Shown here piece after piece: positions 25,424 through 38,960 of a DNA stretch of 64,000 nt. The stretch spans positions 142,724,001-142,788,000 of the forward strand of contig NC_042999.1 of the NCBI RefSeq assembly GCF_006345805.1. Reading direction: 5' to 3'. The notes under the pieces were generated by a model, which was not told the origin of the DNA, did no database searches, and worked only from the letters and a program-made list of their open reading frames with translations. Positions within the stretch are counted from its first letter, which is position 1, and each line of letters begins with the position of its first letter. A program made the position numbers and the translations under genes. This DNA is from Octopus sinensis. Taxonomy: Eukaryota.

Positions 25424-26999
25424 TATATATATATTTGACTACAGTCAAGCCTGGCAAATGAGTGCCCACCACCGAAGAGATCCAATTTGATCGAAATCAT
25501 ATGGTCCGGTGGTCCCGGAGCAAAGGTGGCAGATGTTCTCTTCCGCTTGCAATAAATATCGAGTGCGAAAGCACACTAAATAAGCCAGCTGGAGATGTCT
25601 TCCTGGGGTTGAAAGAGCAGTATCGTCATCTCTTAGAGAACACTCACGTTAAAGTGGCTATAAACACTACTTCATATATATGAACACATACTTAATAATT
25701 GTGGGTTTATCAGTTGATCGGAGGTTTTCGACACTCTATATTACATATGTGAATGTCTCCCAAAGAATAGCTGTTCGACAAATAGAAACCGATATATATC
25801 AGGATATAAAATAAGTACAGGGTTGATTTGTCTTCGAATGGATGTTTCAGATGAGTGTTTCAGCATGCCTACGGTCCAATGACTGAAGCAAGAAAAATTA
25901 TAGAAGACGTACAACATGTCTATGTACATACATACATACATACATACATACATACATACATACATACATACATACATACATACATGCATGCATGCATACA
26001 TGCATACATACATACATGCATGCTTGTATGCACGCACGCGTGCGCTTGAAACGGTCGTACTGCATTACTACTTGAAATCCAGTTACTTATTTTGATTTTA
26101 TTCACCTTACTTCCAGCTGTTCGGATAATACCGGACTGACTTGGTACTTCAACTTAAGTACCTAATTCAACTGGAGCGCGGCAAAACAACCGTATAGATT
26201 GCGGTTCTGAATAGTATTTACGTTAAACTCCCCTCTGCTGTGAGCGCCAACAGGGCTCTACGCGACCAGGACAGGGAATTACGTAATGTAAAATGCACAT
26301 AAATTATGAGAGAAAAACATGCACCATGAACCTAGTATTCCTTTCTTTCATGTCTCTGCGATTGGAAACGTTATATTTTTTTCTGGTCTACACATACTAG
26401 CCGAGATTTTATAAAAACGAAAATCAGAAATATAATTTGAAAATCTAAAATTTTTCTGCAAGTATGCAGAAAGTATTATTTATCTCTGCAGTTAACAGTT
26501 TTATTGGAAATGGTAAACATATCTAGTTTGTATTGAGTTAACAATATGTATGTCTGTACATGTTTGTATGTTACGTATTTACGTGCTTATAGTATGTGCA
26601 ACCACATCTTTATTGATACTGCTTGAAGAACGTTTCTCTGCGTTACCTCCCAAAGCATAGCTGTTCGAAAAATAGAAACCGGTATATATCAGGCTATATA
26701 TAGGAGAAAACCTGCCCTAAATAAGTGAGAGTAACAAGCAGAATTATTCTTTTCTACTCTAGGCCCAAGGCCCGAAATTTCGGGGGATGGGGCCAGTCGA
26801 TTAGCTCGACCCCAGTACGCAACTGGTATTTAATTCATCGACCCTGAAAGGATGAAGATGGCCTCTCCTTTTTTCTGTTATCTATAGCGGAGCATTTGAT
26901 GCATTCTGTAAAAATAGGTGGATGACTAAAATAATCCCTCTTGGTATGTCTCTCTACATCCCACCTACAAACAAAACCCTAAAGTGGTACGCTGATAAC

Positions 27000-27790
27000 T
27001 GCACTAAAGTATTTTAGTGAAAAGGCAAGGTCTACAATACATATAAATAGGAGGGATTTTGGCCATCACCGTAACTTAGAAACCTCTCTCCAAAGCTGCA
27101 TTAATTCTACAAACAGACATTTTTCAATAGAGTCTTGTTGATTTTGTTATTTTCAACAACACGAAAAAGCAATCACTACGTATATCATACTATCCTTAAC
27201 ATGGCCTTCTAAGGATCGCTTTGGTCATTTATAACGATTTCATATCCATGAAGTGTCATAAATATTGCTTCACATAGACTATCTTTCCTTTTCGAGAACA
27301 GAAATGCTTCTTCTGTCACCTAAAGTTCAAGCGGGATCCACAGTGTAACAATTCCTTCACATCCGGGCCAACGCTACTTCTACACATACGGGTATCCTAA
27401 ACCACTTAAGGAAGTCAAACTGACTGATTGTTATGAAGTCAATCACCAACTGACTCTAATCTCTGACTCACCGATTTGCTGTCTTCTCACCTTCCTCACT
27501 CAACTTTTTTGCCGTTACCACAATGGCCTCTGCTCCTAAGTCTCTTTCCACTTCCATTCAAGTGTTTGCGACTCATTCATCTCTCCTCTTCTCATCACCC
27601 GTATTGTATCCTCCTCAGGCCCTGCACCAAGCACTACACTCTGTCCTACCTCCAAAGAATGTCTGCCCTTGGTAAATGTTATTCTGAAACTGCTTATGGT
27701 GAAGACACCAACCGCATCTGTTTCCGAGTCATCTCTCTCGGAGCATCTGCGAAGACCATGTGCACAACCTGTCCAACAAATCAAACCATT
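27000..27790 (+). mobile_element. Highly degenerate CR1/L2-group LINE 3' fragment
   Basis: Remnants resembling L.HR.AV.S...F.RY.NGLCS and RT..Y..S...R.SALW of jockey/CR1-group RT C-termini; many stops and frameshifts. Confidence 0.5.
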
Positions 27791-28604
27791 AAAATCGTAA
27801 TGACTCCAAAAGAATAAAAGACTAAGTTGATCTTGGCAGTGTATGAATTCTAATGTGTAGAGAGCCTGAATAAATACCACATTAGTAATCTATCAGACAC
27901 TCTAAAAACTTGGCCCAAGCCACCAAAACATTAGGATATTTTCTGTTCGAAAGCCAACTTTTACGCTCATTTTCTTCGTAGTAACGTATCTAATAGAATA
28001 CTGCAGTATTAGAGGTATATTTTTGTGAAATTCGGTTGCAGAACTGGTTTTTGGTGAATTGGAAATGATTCTGCGACCTGTACTGGAATATGTAGCTAAT
28101 ACAATATAGTTCAATAATTTCATTCCAAATCCTGGAATCATTTCTATCTCTAGTCTTGGAGTGTCTTCGATTTATGAATCCATTTATTTAGTAAAGCTAC
28201 TTTTCATATAATAGTCAGATTACGGACAAATTATATGCATAGTACTTTATTTTGAGCCAAGAAGAAGATTTAAAGCCATGACAGAATTCTTTAAATCTTT
28301 CTAGAAATGCAGAATATGCAATTTCCATTGCTGAAGGAAATGTAACCTTCTTTAACTTCGGTGAGGTGATTTCCCCCCTATTATCTACTTTGTATCACCA
28401 AATGCTTATAACTGTATCAATCAAAACGTTATTTTTAAAAAACAAAGACAAAATATTATTTTCAGAAAACTGCAACTCGGGGCAAAGGACTGTAAAATCT
28501 TCAGTTTTCCAACCGTTTATGTATGTATGTATGTATGTATGTATGTATGTATGTATGTATGTATGTATGTATGTATGTATGTATGTATGTATGTGTGTGT
28601 GTCA

Positions 28605-29258
28605 TTGTTCAGTTTTATTTCAAAATTTCTGGTCAATAGAGAAAGAACCGGTTTCTTACCTAGATCCAAGACTCCTTCATTGGAATTTCAACATCAACAA
28701 CAGGGTATTTTTGTTTTTATGTATGTATGTATGTATGTATGTATGTATGTATGTATGTATGTATGTATGTGCAGATTTGTATATTTTGCTTTACGTATGT
28801 ATTCTTATGCATATAGTTGCATATCTAGACATGCTCATATATATATATTTAAATCATAAACTTCTGGAAAGTTTTACAGATTTTTACAGTTCCAGTGATA
28901 GATTAAATCTGTAGTCTTCGAATTAGCTTTTTCCTTTCTGGTTTTGAGAAGCCTAATTTCTCAAGATTGGTATTAAGGCAGTGTGTTTTATATCCCAATA
29001 ACCCTATAATTACAGGTATAAACCTGAACTTGTAATCTGGATAGAGTAACTGCAGATTTCTCAATAGTTCAGCGAAGGTATTCTCTTTTTCACTGATCTT
29101 TAGCTTTATGTTAACATCCGCTGGGCAGCTAATTTCCACAACTGTATAAAGTTTCTCTTCTCCATCCTAAATCATTATATCAGATCTGTTGTGCTTATAT
29201 ATCATGGAGGTCTTCACTGGGACATTCCACCAGTACTCCTTTTTATTATGAGTGGCTT
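28605..29258 (-). mobile_element. Second R4/Dong-like LINE 3' fragment with 3' UTR, embedded in (TATG)n
   Basis: ORF 28903-29139 (EISCPADVNIKLKISEKENTFAELLRNLQLLYPDYKFRFIPVIIG). The 3' UTR segment 28605-28720 matches 12645-12780 in the opposite orientation. Confidence 0.85.
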
Positions 29259-29429
29259 ATGTATGTATGTATGGATGGATGTGTATTTCATTACAGAGAC
29301 GGCCATATTTTCTTCCTTATTCACTTTCCTTCTTTCACAGTCAAACTCTACGCCCTTGGCTTTTTTATAAGACATTCTTCTCCCTTCTGAATCATCTTTC
29401 TTCTTGAATATCCTATTCATCACATAGTT

Positions 29430-30260
29430 CCAACCCATCTTTTTGCCTCATTGATCAATAATTCTTGATTACTTAAAAAATTAACATTGAAAGACCTTTA
29501 AACCACAAATAGCTTGTAGTAAGTTCGTGGTTTGATCCTCAAGCCATTTTCAAAACAGTCAAATTGAATAAAGGTTTTTTTTTTCCCCTCTAAATCTGAG
29601 CAAAACCAAGAAACTAAAAGTGAAAATTTGATTCAACATCGGCCTCTCTTCATCACGTGCATCAGTATGTTTTACATAAATTCCACTCTGATATCAAAAC
29701 GTTCATGAAGTGGTTTCTCAATCTCTGTTCTGAAACTCAATCGAATTTTGATTTGACAATTATTGATATGGTATCTTTCAGCTTTTGCCGACGCGTTGGC
29801 GCCAGGAATACATTATAGTTAACAGCTCACACGCCAATCAAATTGAGAGAATGATTATCGCAGTTTACTAAAGTAGGTTTGCAATTTTTTCAGTAAGCCT
29901 TTGTTGAAGACCACTTTAATAAGCAGCCATAAGAGCAGCATTGTCATAACATAGAGATCGATAGTCTTCGATCAGCATTTACGAATTGTTCTTAAATTGC
30001 TTCTATATTTTCAACATCCTTCCGTTTTCATTGGATAAATCCAAGAAAAGATTCTTTCATAAAAATTGTTTTCTCTTTTAAAATCAATACCAACATAAAA
30101 ATATTGTTTTTGCCATTCAATCTCCGTGTAATTGACATGAAGTAAACTCAAATACTAGGCGAAAATATTTTACCTGAAGAACGGTACGTAATAATTTCTA
30201 TCGAACAGTAGAAGAAATCATTCGGAAATTATATTCTTCCAAAGTTCTTTCAACGTTACT
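29430..30260 (-). pseudogene. Degenerate hAT-family transposase
   Basis: Across frameshifts the minus strand reads KYFRLVFE.T (first catalytic D region), KESFLGFI, RSLCYDNAALMA...SGLQQRL, and NCDNHSLNLIGV (CxxH motif). Confidence 0.75.
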
Positions 30261-30339
30261 GATTATAGTTTTTCGTCACACTCAAACTTCGCAGTTATAA
30301 AAATAGAGGAACAGAACCACCGTTTGACACTGACCACGT

Positions 30340-30910
30340 TCAGTTATTTATCCTGGGTGCCCTCAAAGATTATATACATCACCAAATTTTATCCCTACAC
30401 GGAGATGATGACTTGGCAATTTTAAATCATATGAACGACCATGCAATGGATAAATTCGCAAAGAATCTTATAAATAACTTCAAAGAATCTGGCTTAAGTA
30501 TAACTGTTACCACCAACTTAAATGCTAACCTCTTGGACATCGCCATAGACTTCAAATTAGACAGGTATTACCTCTACAAAAAAAAAAAAACGACGAAGAA
30601 ACTGTTTATATCCATGAATATTCCAACCACACTCTAGCTCTAATTAGAAACGTGGCCACAGGAACCACCTGGAAAATCTCCTACTATCGGTAGACAGAGA
30701 GATCTTCGAATGAACCACACCCATTTATAACAAGGCACAAGTAAGAAGTAGATTTACTGGTAAGTGATTGTATGTGGAGGAACGCCTCAAACCTGAAAAG
30801 AGTTTAAAAAAGAGAAAGGTAATCCGGTTTAATCCGTCATATCAATTTTGATGCATCCATCAAAGTAGCTAGAAGCTTCTTATTCCTAATCACACAAGAT
30901 TTCCTAAGAA
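30340..30910 (+). mobile_element. Penelope-like element reverse-transcriptase remnant
   Basis: SLHGDDDLAIL...KNLINNFKESGLSITVTTNLNANLLDIAIDF...YYLYKK...SNH matches the GLYRDDGL...FLDV...Y.PY.KP...SNHP pattern of PLE RTs (ORF 30413-30637). Confidence 0.8.
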
Positions 30911-31249
30911 CGAATTTACCTGCACGCTAAATTCGTTACTATACTCATTGCTGATCTTCACCTTTTGACAGCATCCCCGTACATGGCTTGGACAGCTCTC
31001 ACCAGCCACCCATAATGTGGCTGTACTGGAAGGGACGATTGTTACTGTCGTTTAGTCTCAGGAAACATCGTTTCTAGCTGGCTATACGACACACTTTCTG
31101 TGTCCTTATATTTTCGAATAGGGAGTCCAGCACAAAGCAGCATCTGTGAACTGGTTTCTGGGTTATTTCTCTTCATTAACACAGAGTAGCTGCTTGGCTA
31201 GGTGGCGCTGCTGAATTAGAAATTAGTCTAAATTTTAGTTTTCAGAGAG

Positions 31250-32760
31250 ACACACAGTCGCTACTCTAATAAATAGAAACATCATTATTTCTAAATCTCT
31301 CAAAGAGAGGTATTCAGTAACAGTTCTTTAGCTTTCTCTTTTAGTCTGCCTGTCATCTTAATTAAACTCCCGTGTGTCCATAGTTTACACGGTTTACAAA
31401 TAGAGTTCCCACCTACATCTTTCCTGCACATCGAGCATGGCCCATTTCATACCATTTCTCTTACGTTTGCAGAGTCCTACTTTCTGTCCTTCCAATTAAC
31501 GCTTTAGTCGTTGCTGAATTATCTAGAAGCCTCTCAATTCTAGGTTTTGCTTTTACATTTCTCCTCTAAATCCCTCGCTGATTCGGATATAAGAACTAAA
31601 TTCTCAGCAGAGAAAAGTTTCACGTACAGCTGGTCTGAAACTCCACTTTTATAGCTCAGATTGCTTTAATGAATAGGAACAGACTCAGGATAGAAACGTG
31701 ATGAGTCACACTCTAACCACTAAATTTGCTGATGAACCGATTAATAAGTTTCGCCTTACTGACTGCACCTCTCTACATGATTTGTACGGCTGTCAAAAGC
31801 CATTCATCTAAAGCTAGAGCAATCGGCACCCACCAGATCATGGAAAGGGGAACCCTGTTAAAGTCTTCTCTAGATCAACTATAAGTGTTTATGCGTGTCT
31901 AAGTACTTCTGTAATTGTCTCACTAAGAAGATGGCCACGGTAATATTTCTCCCGGGTATAAAGTCAAACTGCATTTTCGTCATCATCGTTATCGTCGTTG
32001 TTGTCGTCGTCGTCATCATCGTCATCGTCGTTGTTGTCGTCGTCGTCATCATCGTCATCGTCGTCGTTGTCGTCGTCGTCAACATCTTCATCATTTAACA
32101 TCTGTTTTCCATGCTGGCACTGGTTGAACCGTTTGAGAGTTGCTATTATTTTTGTGGAATAAAATTTCTTGAAAAAAAAGCCGCAATAATGCACCAACCC
32201 AATAGTTTGCATAAGAAAATTTCAGTAACCTTGTTCCCTCCTCAATACGGGAACCAACTCTATAGCCTCCATACACAGCATGGAAGCCACCAGGATACTG
32301 ACCAGCATTCCCATTGAAGGCACCAGCCACAAAAATAAGGTAACTGTTATTTGTCATTGGGGTAGTTTGCAAAAGGGTATTATAAAATCGATATTTTTGG
32401 TCGTCTGGCTGTCCCGGTTAGGAAGCATAGTCAGAAATAGCAGTCACCGAACTGCTTTGGAAAACTAGTCGAAGCATAAATATCCTGTCGCAACCTCTGA
32501 CACCCTCAATCCCCTTATAACACATTTCTCAGTTCAAAGCATGCCTCACACCTCCCACACCATCATTATTACCTTCCCAGATTTTATACCTATGTTTTTT
32601 TTTTTTCTTTTTGCTTATGAAGAACCAAGCTGAAGCTCCCCTCCACCTTACTTCTTCAATGGAACACACATCTACACGCCTCCGTTCTAGCATCTCAACA
32701 ACCTCACCAGACCTACTTTTCAATCTGCCTACATTGAATGTGCCAGCTCTAAAGATGCGG
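31250..32760 (-). mobile_element. Degenerate, internally deleted RTE-clade LINE (AP endonuclease plus RT), interrupted by a (CAT/CGT)n-tailed insertion
   Basis: RAGTFNVG.LKSRSGEVVEMLERRRVDVCSIEEVRWRG, VAGAFNGNAG (GDFNGHVG-like) and QFDFIPGRNITVAIFLVRQLQK (QFGFMPGRSTTDAIF-like). Confidence 0.85.
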
Positions 32761-34481
32761 ATGGAGTGAAATGAGTGAACAGGGAGATGGGTCGATATTC
32801 AGCACCTGAAAAGAAGTATTACAGGGGCGTTTGCCAGGAGGTATAATAGTTACACAAGTAGGTATTAGATACGACCGCTCACCTGGACCATCATTTGCCC
32901 AGTTCCTCAAAATTCAAGGTCGAGGAGGAGGGGGAGGGGGAGGTAAGTCTAGCTTTTCTATGGTTGTCATGGTGTTGGGGACAGGTAGGAGGGAGAGCGG
33001 TGATGAAAAGATAGTGACAGGAGTTGTTAAGTCCGCGAATAATTACAATAAATATTAAGAGAGAAGGAGAGAAAAATCGGCAACGTTTATTTTAAGGTTC
33101 GATATTTCGTTCTTGTCAGCTATCAAGATGAATGCCCAAATTGACCAAGGTCTTACGTACATGATTTTTTACACCGAAAAAGGAAACTAGAGACAGGAAA
33201 AATTGGAGTGAGAAATCATCTAGCCAGCAGTGAGTTAGTATATGAAATCTTGCTCAGGATGATACGCCACATTTTCCATAGTGTAATATTAAAGTGCTTA
33301 AAAATATACAAACACTCTAGTTCATAGACATACATTACGAAATAATACATTCTAAAAGGAGAGAGGTTTAAAAAATGGTCCCAGAGGAATTACGAATGAA
33401 ACGCCAACTTTGAATTGAATTCATTTTATATTCGCAATTAAAGAACAAGTTATTGTGAATAGAGGTTTAGCTTGATATTTAGTGTAAGGGATGGTAAAAG
33501 TTTATTTTCCTGTAGTAAACTACGAAATTTTTACATTCTCTCGATTTCCTGTAATTCATGGTCCCCGTAGAAAAATAGAAAAGACGTTGTCCCAGAGGGT
33601 GGCGAGGAAGATGCATTGAAACATTCACTCTGACTCAGAGGGCTCGCACTTGCCGATAACGTACTAAGAGATATAAGTTGTAGGGGAGATAACTTTCAAG
33701 GGAAATAATTCTTGGTAGCATTATATACGTACAAACAATTTTTTTCTTTATATATTTTTTTCTTTTCAACATGTCTATTTTTATTGTTTTATGGCTATTT
33801 TTCATAATAGAGTTTAAAAACCATCTACATGTATTGAACGGTGCATATTTTTTGGCAAACTCTCGAAATTATTTTTATTAGTAGACTGATCACTTTAGTT
33901 TTCGAGATATTACCCGTGTACAGGCAACAGCCAAACGGACCAGCTGAGAAGCACCATTCTTGAATACGCGTTTGTCGTATCATCAATAAGTATCTCCGCT
34001 AATTTGCAAACAAAAGTATATCTCCAATTTGTGATTGTTATTGTGTCTTTTGATTTAGCTATACGCTATCCACATCACCATAACTTTCCGGCAAATCATC
34101 TACTTACATTGAAACAGCCCTGTTAAATATTTAATAAGCGGACAAGAGAGGTCTGTTTTATGGTTATTTATGGTTATTTAAACAGATTCAATTGATGGTG
34201 AGATAGTTGTACATCAATAGTAGAATTGAGAATAAACAAAAGTATAGCTTTCAAAACTATAATTTTTTTAACAAAATAAATGTTTGACCCAGTTACCAAC
34301 TTGATAAAAGCAGTGATCATTAATGTTCTTCGTTGCATGTATTGATGATGTCACCATAAACAGAGCATTTTTTTCACAACCAGGCACTAACCTGATTAAC
34401 ATAGAAAACCGAAAAGCTATTGGTCTGTATGCGATATATGTGCATGTGAGATAGAGAGTGGGGAGAAAAGAAGGCTTCTAA

Positions 34482-34770
34482 GATAATAATAATAATAATA
34501 ATAATAACAATAATAACAACAACAACAACAACAACAACAACAATAATAATAATGATAATAATAATAATGAAAATATTGTGTATAGTGCTCAGGTGCACTA
34601 CATCTCATCAAAGGTGCATGTATAGTGCATAGAATTATGTACAAAAGTCAGGTAAGTGAACAGTGCATAAGACATGATATATATGTGTGCATGCGTATGG
34701 AGGGGAAATATCAGGTGTAGTGTTGGGGAATTTCAGGAAGCATGGAGGTTTTAAAGGATGCAATGTTTCA
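34482..34770 (-). mobile_element. 3' end of a CR1-group LINE with (TTA/TTG)n tail
   Basis: tcaggtgtagtgttggggaatttcaggaagcatggaggttttaaaggatg matches the 3' end of the CR1 copy at about 44970-45020. Confidence 0.65.
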
Positions 34771-34880
34771 AAGGGCATGCTAATTGAGCTGAATGTGCTT
34801 TGCTGAGAAGATCCAGTAAGATCGAAGCATGTCTGTTGTTTTCATCAATTAACTTTGAAGACAATATTCACATCTATCAA

Positions 34881-35463
34881 AGGCGGCGAGCTGGCAGAAA
34901 CGCTAGCATGCCGGGTGAAATGCTTAGCGGTATTTCGTCCGCCGCTACGTTCTGAGTTCAAATTCCGCAGAGGTCGACTTTGCCTTTCATCCTTTCGGGG
35001 TCGATATAATCGACTTAATCCGTTTGTCTGTCCTTGTTTGTTCTCTCTGTGTTTTTCCCCTTGTGGGTAGTAAAGAAATAGGTATTTCGTCTGTCGTTAC
35101 GTTCTGAGTTCAAATTCCGCCGAGGTCGACTTTGCCCTTCATCCTTTCGGGGTCGATTAAATAAGTACCAGTTACGCACTGGAGTCGATGTAATCGACTT
35201 AATCCCTTTGTCTGTCCTTGTTTGTCCCCTCTATGTATAGCCCCTTGTGGGCAATAAAGAAATAAGAAATGTTAGCACGCTGGGCGAAATGCTAAGCGCT
35301 ATTTCGTCTGTCTTTATGTCCAAAGTTCAAATTCCGCCGAGGTCGACTTTGCCCTTCATCCTTTCAGGGTCGATAAGTTTAATACCAGTTGCACGCTGGA
35401 GTCGATCTAATCGACTGGCTCTCCTCTCCCAAAATTGCGGGCCTTGTGCCTAGAATAGAAAAG
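34881..35463 (+). mobile_element. SINE family A, trimeric, with 13-bp TSD
   Basis: Three B-box/central cores. Flanking aatattcacatct at 34863-34875 and 35464-35476. Confidence 0.9.
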
Positions 35464-36197
35464 AATATTCACATCTGTCTGCGTTAGTCTTAATTGTCGA
35501 AAAATGGCGAGTGTTATTGAGTTACTTCCCTTGGTGTTTTTTTTTTCGCTTTCATTTTTTTTAAACACACTAAAATGGAGCTTTTTGATTACTAATTGCT
35601 CTCTAACCGTAAATCTCTCAAATAAAATTATATCCACTTTAGGCCTCTCTACAGAGAATATTTATTAACTTTTTATCCATTCATTGCGCGCGCACATACA
35701 CGTACACACACACATTTAATGTCCACTTTTCCAAGTTTGCATGGGTCAGACGGAGTTTGTTGAAGCAGATTTCTTATGGCTGGATGCCCTTCCTGTTTCC
35801 AGCCCTCACCTGTTTCTAAGTAAAGTAATATTTCCCCATTACAAGACATGTTTTTTTTTATGAAAGACTACTAACAGACGACATTATTTGTATGACAGTG
35901 ACACTCATTTTCAACCATCCTGTGATATCTAGGCAAAGATACATACTAACACAAACACACACGCACATATAGATATCCCCCTCATCATCATCGTCGTCGT
36001 TGTTGTCGCCGTCATTGTCGTCATCGTCGTCGTCGTCGTCGTTATCGACATCGTCGTCGTCCTTCTTCTCCTCCTCATCATCATCCTCATCCTCATCATC
36101 ATTTAATGTCTGTTTTCCATGCTGGCATGGATTTGGTGGGAACAACCACAGACACACAAACATATACACACACACACATACATATACATATATATAT

Positions 36198-36228
<31 letters not shown>

Positions 36229-36346
36229 CAATAATTGAGGGTAAAATTAATTAGTTATTAATCAATTTCACCAAGTAGTGTTCAGTATGTAAAAGGACCA
36301 TTTAAGGCGTATTCAAAATATTACATTATATAAAATTATATATATA

Positions 36347-36401
<55 letters not shown>

Positions 36402-36853
36402 TATATACGACGAGCTTCTTTCAGTTTCCGTCTACCAAATCCACTCACAAGGCTTTGGACAACCCGAGGCTATAATAGAAAAGACTTGCCCAAGGTGTCG
36501 CACAGTGATACTGAACATGGAACCATGTAGTTGGTATATATTTGCAACTAAGTACTTTGTGACCCTGTCAGTGCAGGTGCCACTTAAAAGCACCCAGTCC
36601 ACACTGTAAAGTGGTTGATGTTTGGAAGGGCATCCAGCTGTAAAAACCTTGCCAAAACTGACCTCCCCTGTGCTTGTGCCACATCAAAATCACTAAGTCC
36701 ACTCTGGTGAGTGGTTGGTGTGAGGAAGGGCATCCAGTTATAAAAATCCAGTTACAGAAATTGGGTGCAGGCTTCTGTCTGGCGTTAAACAATAATGATG
36801 ATGTTAATGAGGATATGGAAAGAAGGAGTGTATTCCCACACAGGTAAATATGT

Positions 36854-37582
36854 AGAATTTGTTTTAGGGTTTGAAAATGCACCTGAATCTGAAAAACACG
36901 TAGTCATTTTTAAATAGATTTATTCACATATCAAGCTAGTTTCAACAATTTTTTGCTTATCAATGGTACAAGTATATATAAAAAGCAGGATTTTAGGAGA
37001 GTTTAAAATTACAAGGTAAAAATTGGACAAACATGTTTTAACCATCAAACATTCAAATATTCACTGAAATTTCAATGAATTGCACAGGGATAGATAGTAA
37101 TGTCACTGTAAATGCTCAGTGAAGATTATAACAGATGTACATTATTGAAAGTTCAGTCATATTGAGTTTTTATAAAATATGTGGAGAAAAAAGAGAAAAA
37201 AGAAGAGAGAAAGAAGAAAGTTTTTTTTTTTTGCAATTCCTGTCGTGGTGTGTGTAGTTCTTTTTTCAATTTCATAGCTTATTGGAATCAGAATATTCAA
37301 TAATGAACATCTGTTATGGTCTCCACCAAACATTTACATTGATATTACTATCTATTCTTGTGAAACTCATTGAAATTTTTGTGAACAGTTGATGGTTAAA
37401 ACATGCTTGTCCAATTTTTAGCTTGTAATTTTAAACTTTAAAACTGCCTTTTATATATACATATTTGTACCATTGATAAGCAAAAAATTGTGGAAACAAG
37501 TTATGTGAATAAATCTATTTAAAAACAACTGCATGTTTTTTTTTTAGATTCAGATGCATTTTCAAACCCCAAAACAAATTCT
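36854..37582. repeat. Fold-back element: ~300-bp imperfect inverted arms with a ~145-bp spacer
   Basis: 36854-37150 is the reverse complement of 37296-37582, e.g. ttttttgcttatcaatggtacaa / ttgtaccattgataagcaaaaaa and catgttttaaccatcaa / ttgatggttaaaacatg. Confidence 0.9.
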
Positions 37583-37814
37583 CCTATACATATATATATA
37601 TATATATATATATCATCATTTAGTATCACTTTTCCATGCTGGCATGGGTTACAGGGTTTAAATGGAACTAGTAAGACAGAGAACTGTATCAGCTACCAGT
37701 CTAATTTGGGGTTGGTCTCTACAGCTGGATGACCTTCCTAACACCAACCACTCTAAGAATGTAGTGGGTGCCTTTTACATGTCACCAGCACTGGTAACTT
37801 TTAATTATCACCAG

Positions 37815-37854
<40 letters not shown>

Positions 37855-37902
37855 TTAATAGAGTCAGTGGGAAGGAGTACATTTAGACAGCTATTTAATA
37901 AA

Positions 37903-38002
37903 CACTACACATTTTCATACAACATAGATCCACATATTCACAAGATTTAAATTAAGCTAAGGTTTACCCGTATAATGGGATCCAGTTGTATCTCCTCAGG
38001 TG
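37903..38002 (-). ncRNA. Degenerate hammerhead-like motif with a long stem II
   Basis: Minus strand: cac-CTGAGGA-g-ATACAAC-TGGATCC...GGATCTA-t-GTTGTAT-GAAA-atgt-GTA-gtg. Stem I is cac/gtg; the second stem III pair is mismatched. Confidence 0.45.
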
Positions 38003-38559
38003 ATATATAATTGCTGTCCCCATAAGTAAATCTTTGACTTTCATGCTAACACATCCAACTGGCTCTTTTGAATCTAGTAGACACTGGCAGTTCTATTCTG
38101 CTCGCTGTCAATGTGCCTCTACATGCTCGACATGAGCAGCATCGTATACATTGGCTGTCCACTTTGTTTCACATGTTATGTTGCACATGCTAAATTTTAT
38201 AATTTCACAAATACACTCATACATACATTCATACATAAACAATTACTGATACACATATACACACAACTGCATCTCTAGGCATCCCCATACATACACACAC
38301 ACACACACACATACTTATATACATATATACACATATGCATGCCCCCTCCAAACACACACATATCAATCAACAAATACATTCACACCCATACATAGATGCA
38401 CATACATAGATGCACATACATATATCTACCCATATTCATGCACATAGGTATATCATTGGGCACTCCATCATACATAGGCACATTCATAGACGTGAGACAG
38501 AAAGGATAGGTGTGGTGAAAGAGAATAATAATTATTATAATTTTTATACACTGTTCCAG

Positions 38560-38960
38560 CTTGAAAATGCATATTTGGCATGGTGGGTACACCTTGAAAT
38601 TTTCTCATCATGCTTATTTACCAAGTTCTCATTACTCAGCACTAAATCCATTGTTTCCTCACGGCAAAGGTCACATTTGACAGATAGTGAATTACATTGG
38701 TGTGCATTTTTTTTATTAGTGACCATTTCATTTCGTATTTAATTTTTGATTCTTTCAGTCCTCATATTAGGTCTGCCAGTGAATCTGCATGTTGTCTGAT
38801 TATTTTTCAGAATGATGAGATGAGGTTGCAATAACAAACTTTGAATTGGTTTTCCGTGGCACCTATGTACATTTATTTATATTCAGATGTGGAGATTGTG
38901 CATCTGTATACTATGTTTTTTTTTAACACATTGGTTCATGAGTGGACAAGCAGATTTTCT
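38560..38960 (-). mobile_element. Penelope-like GIY-YIG endonuclease remnant
   Basis: NIVYRCTI and the C-terminal CNSLSVKCDLCREETMDLVLSNENLVNKHDEKISRCTH (CxLC...LLN.R.E..S.C.H pattern; ORF 38544-38726). Confidence 0.75.

Noticed and set aside
28366-28914. Longest listed ORF (182 aa)
   Set aside because: It consists of (TATG)n repeats and antisense LINE 3' UTR.
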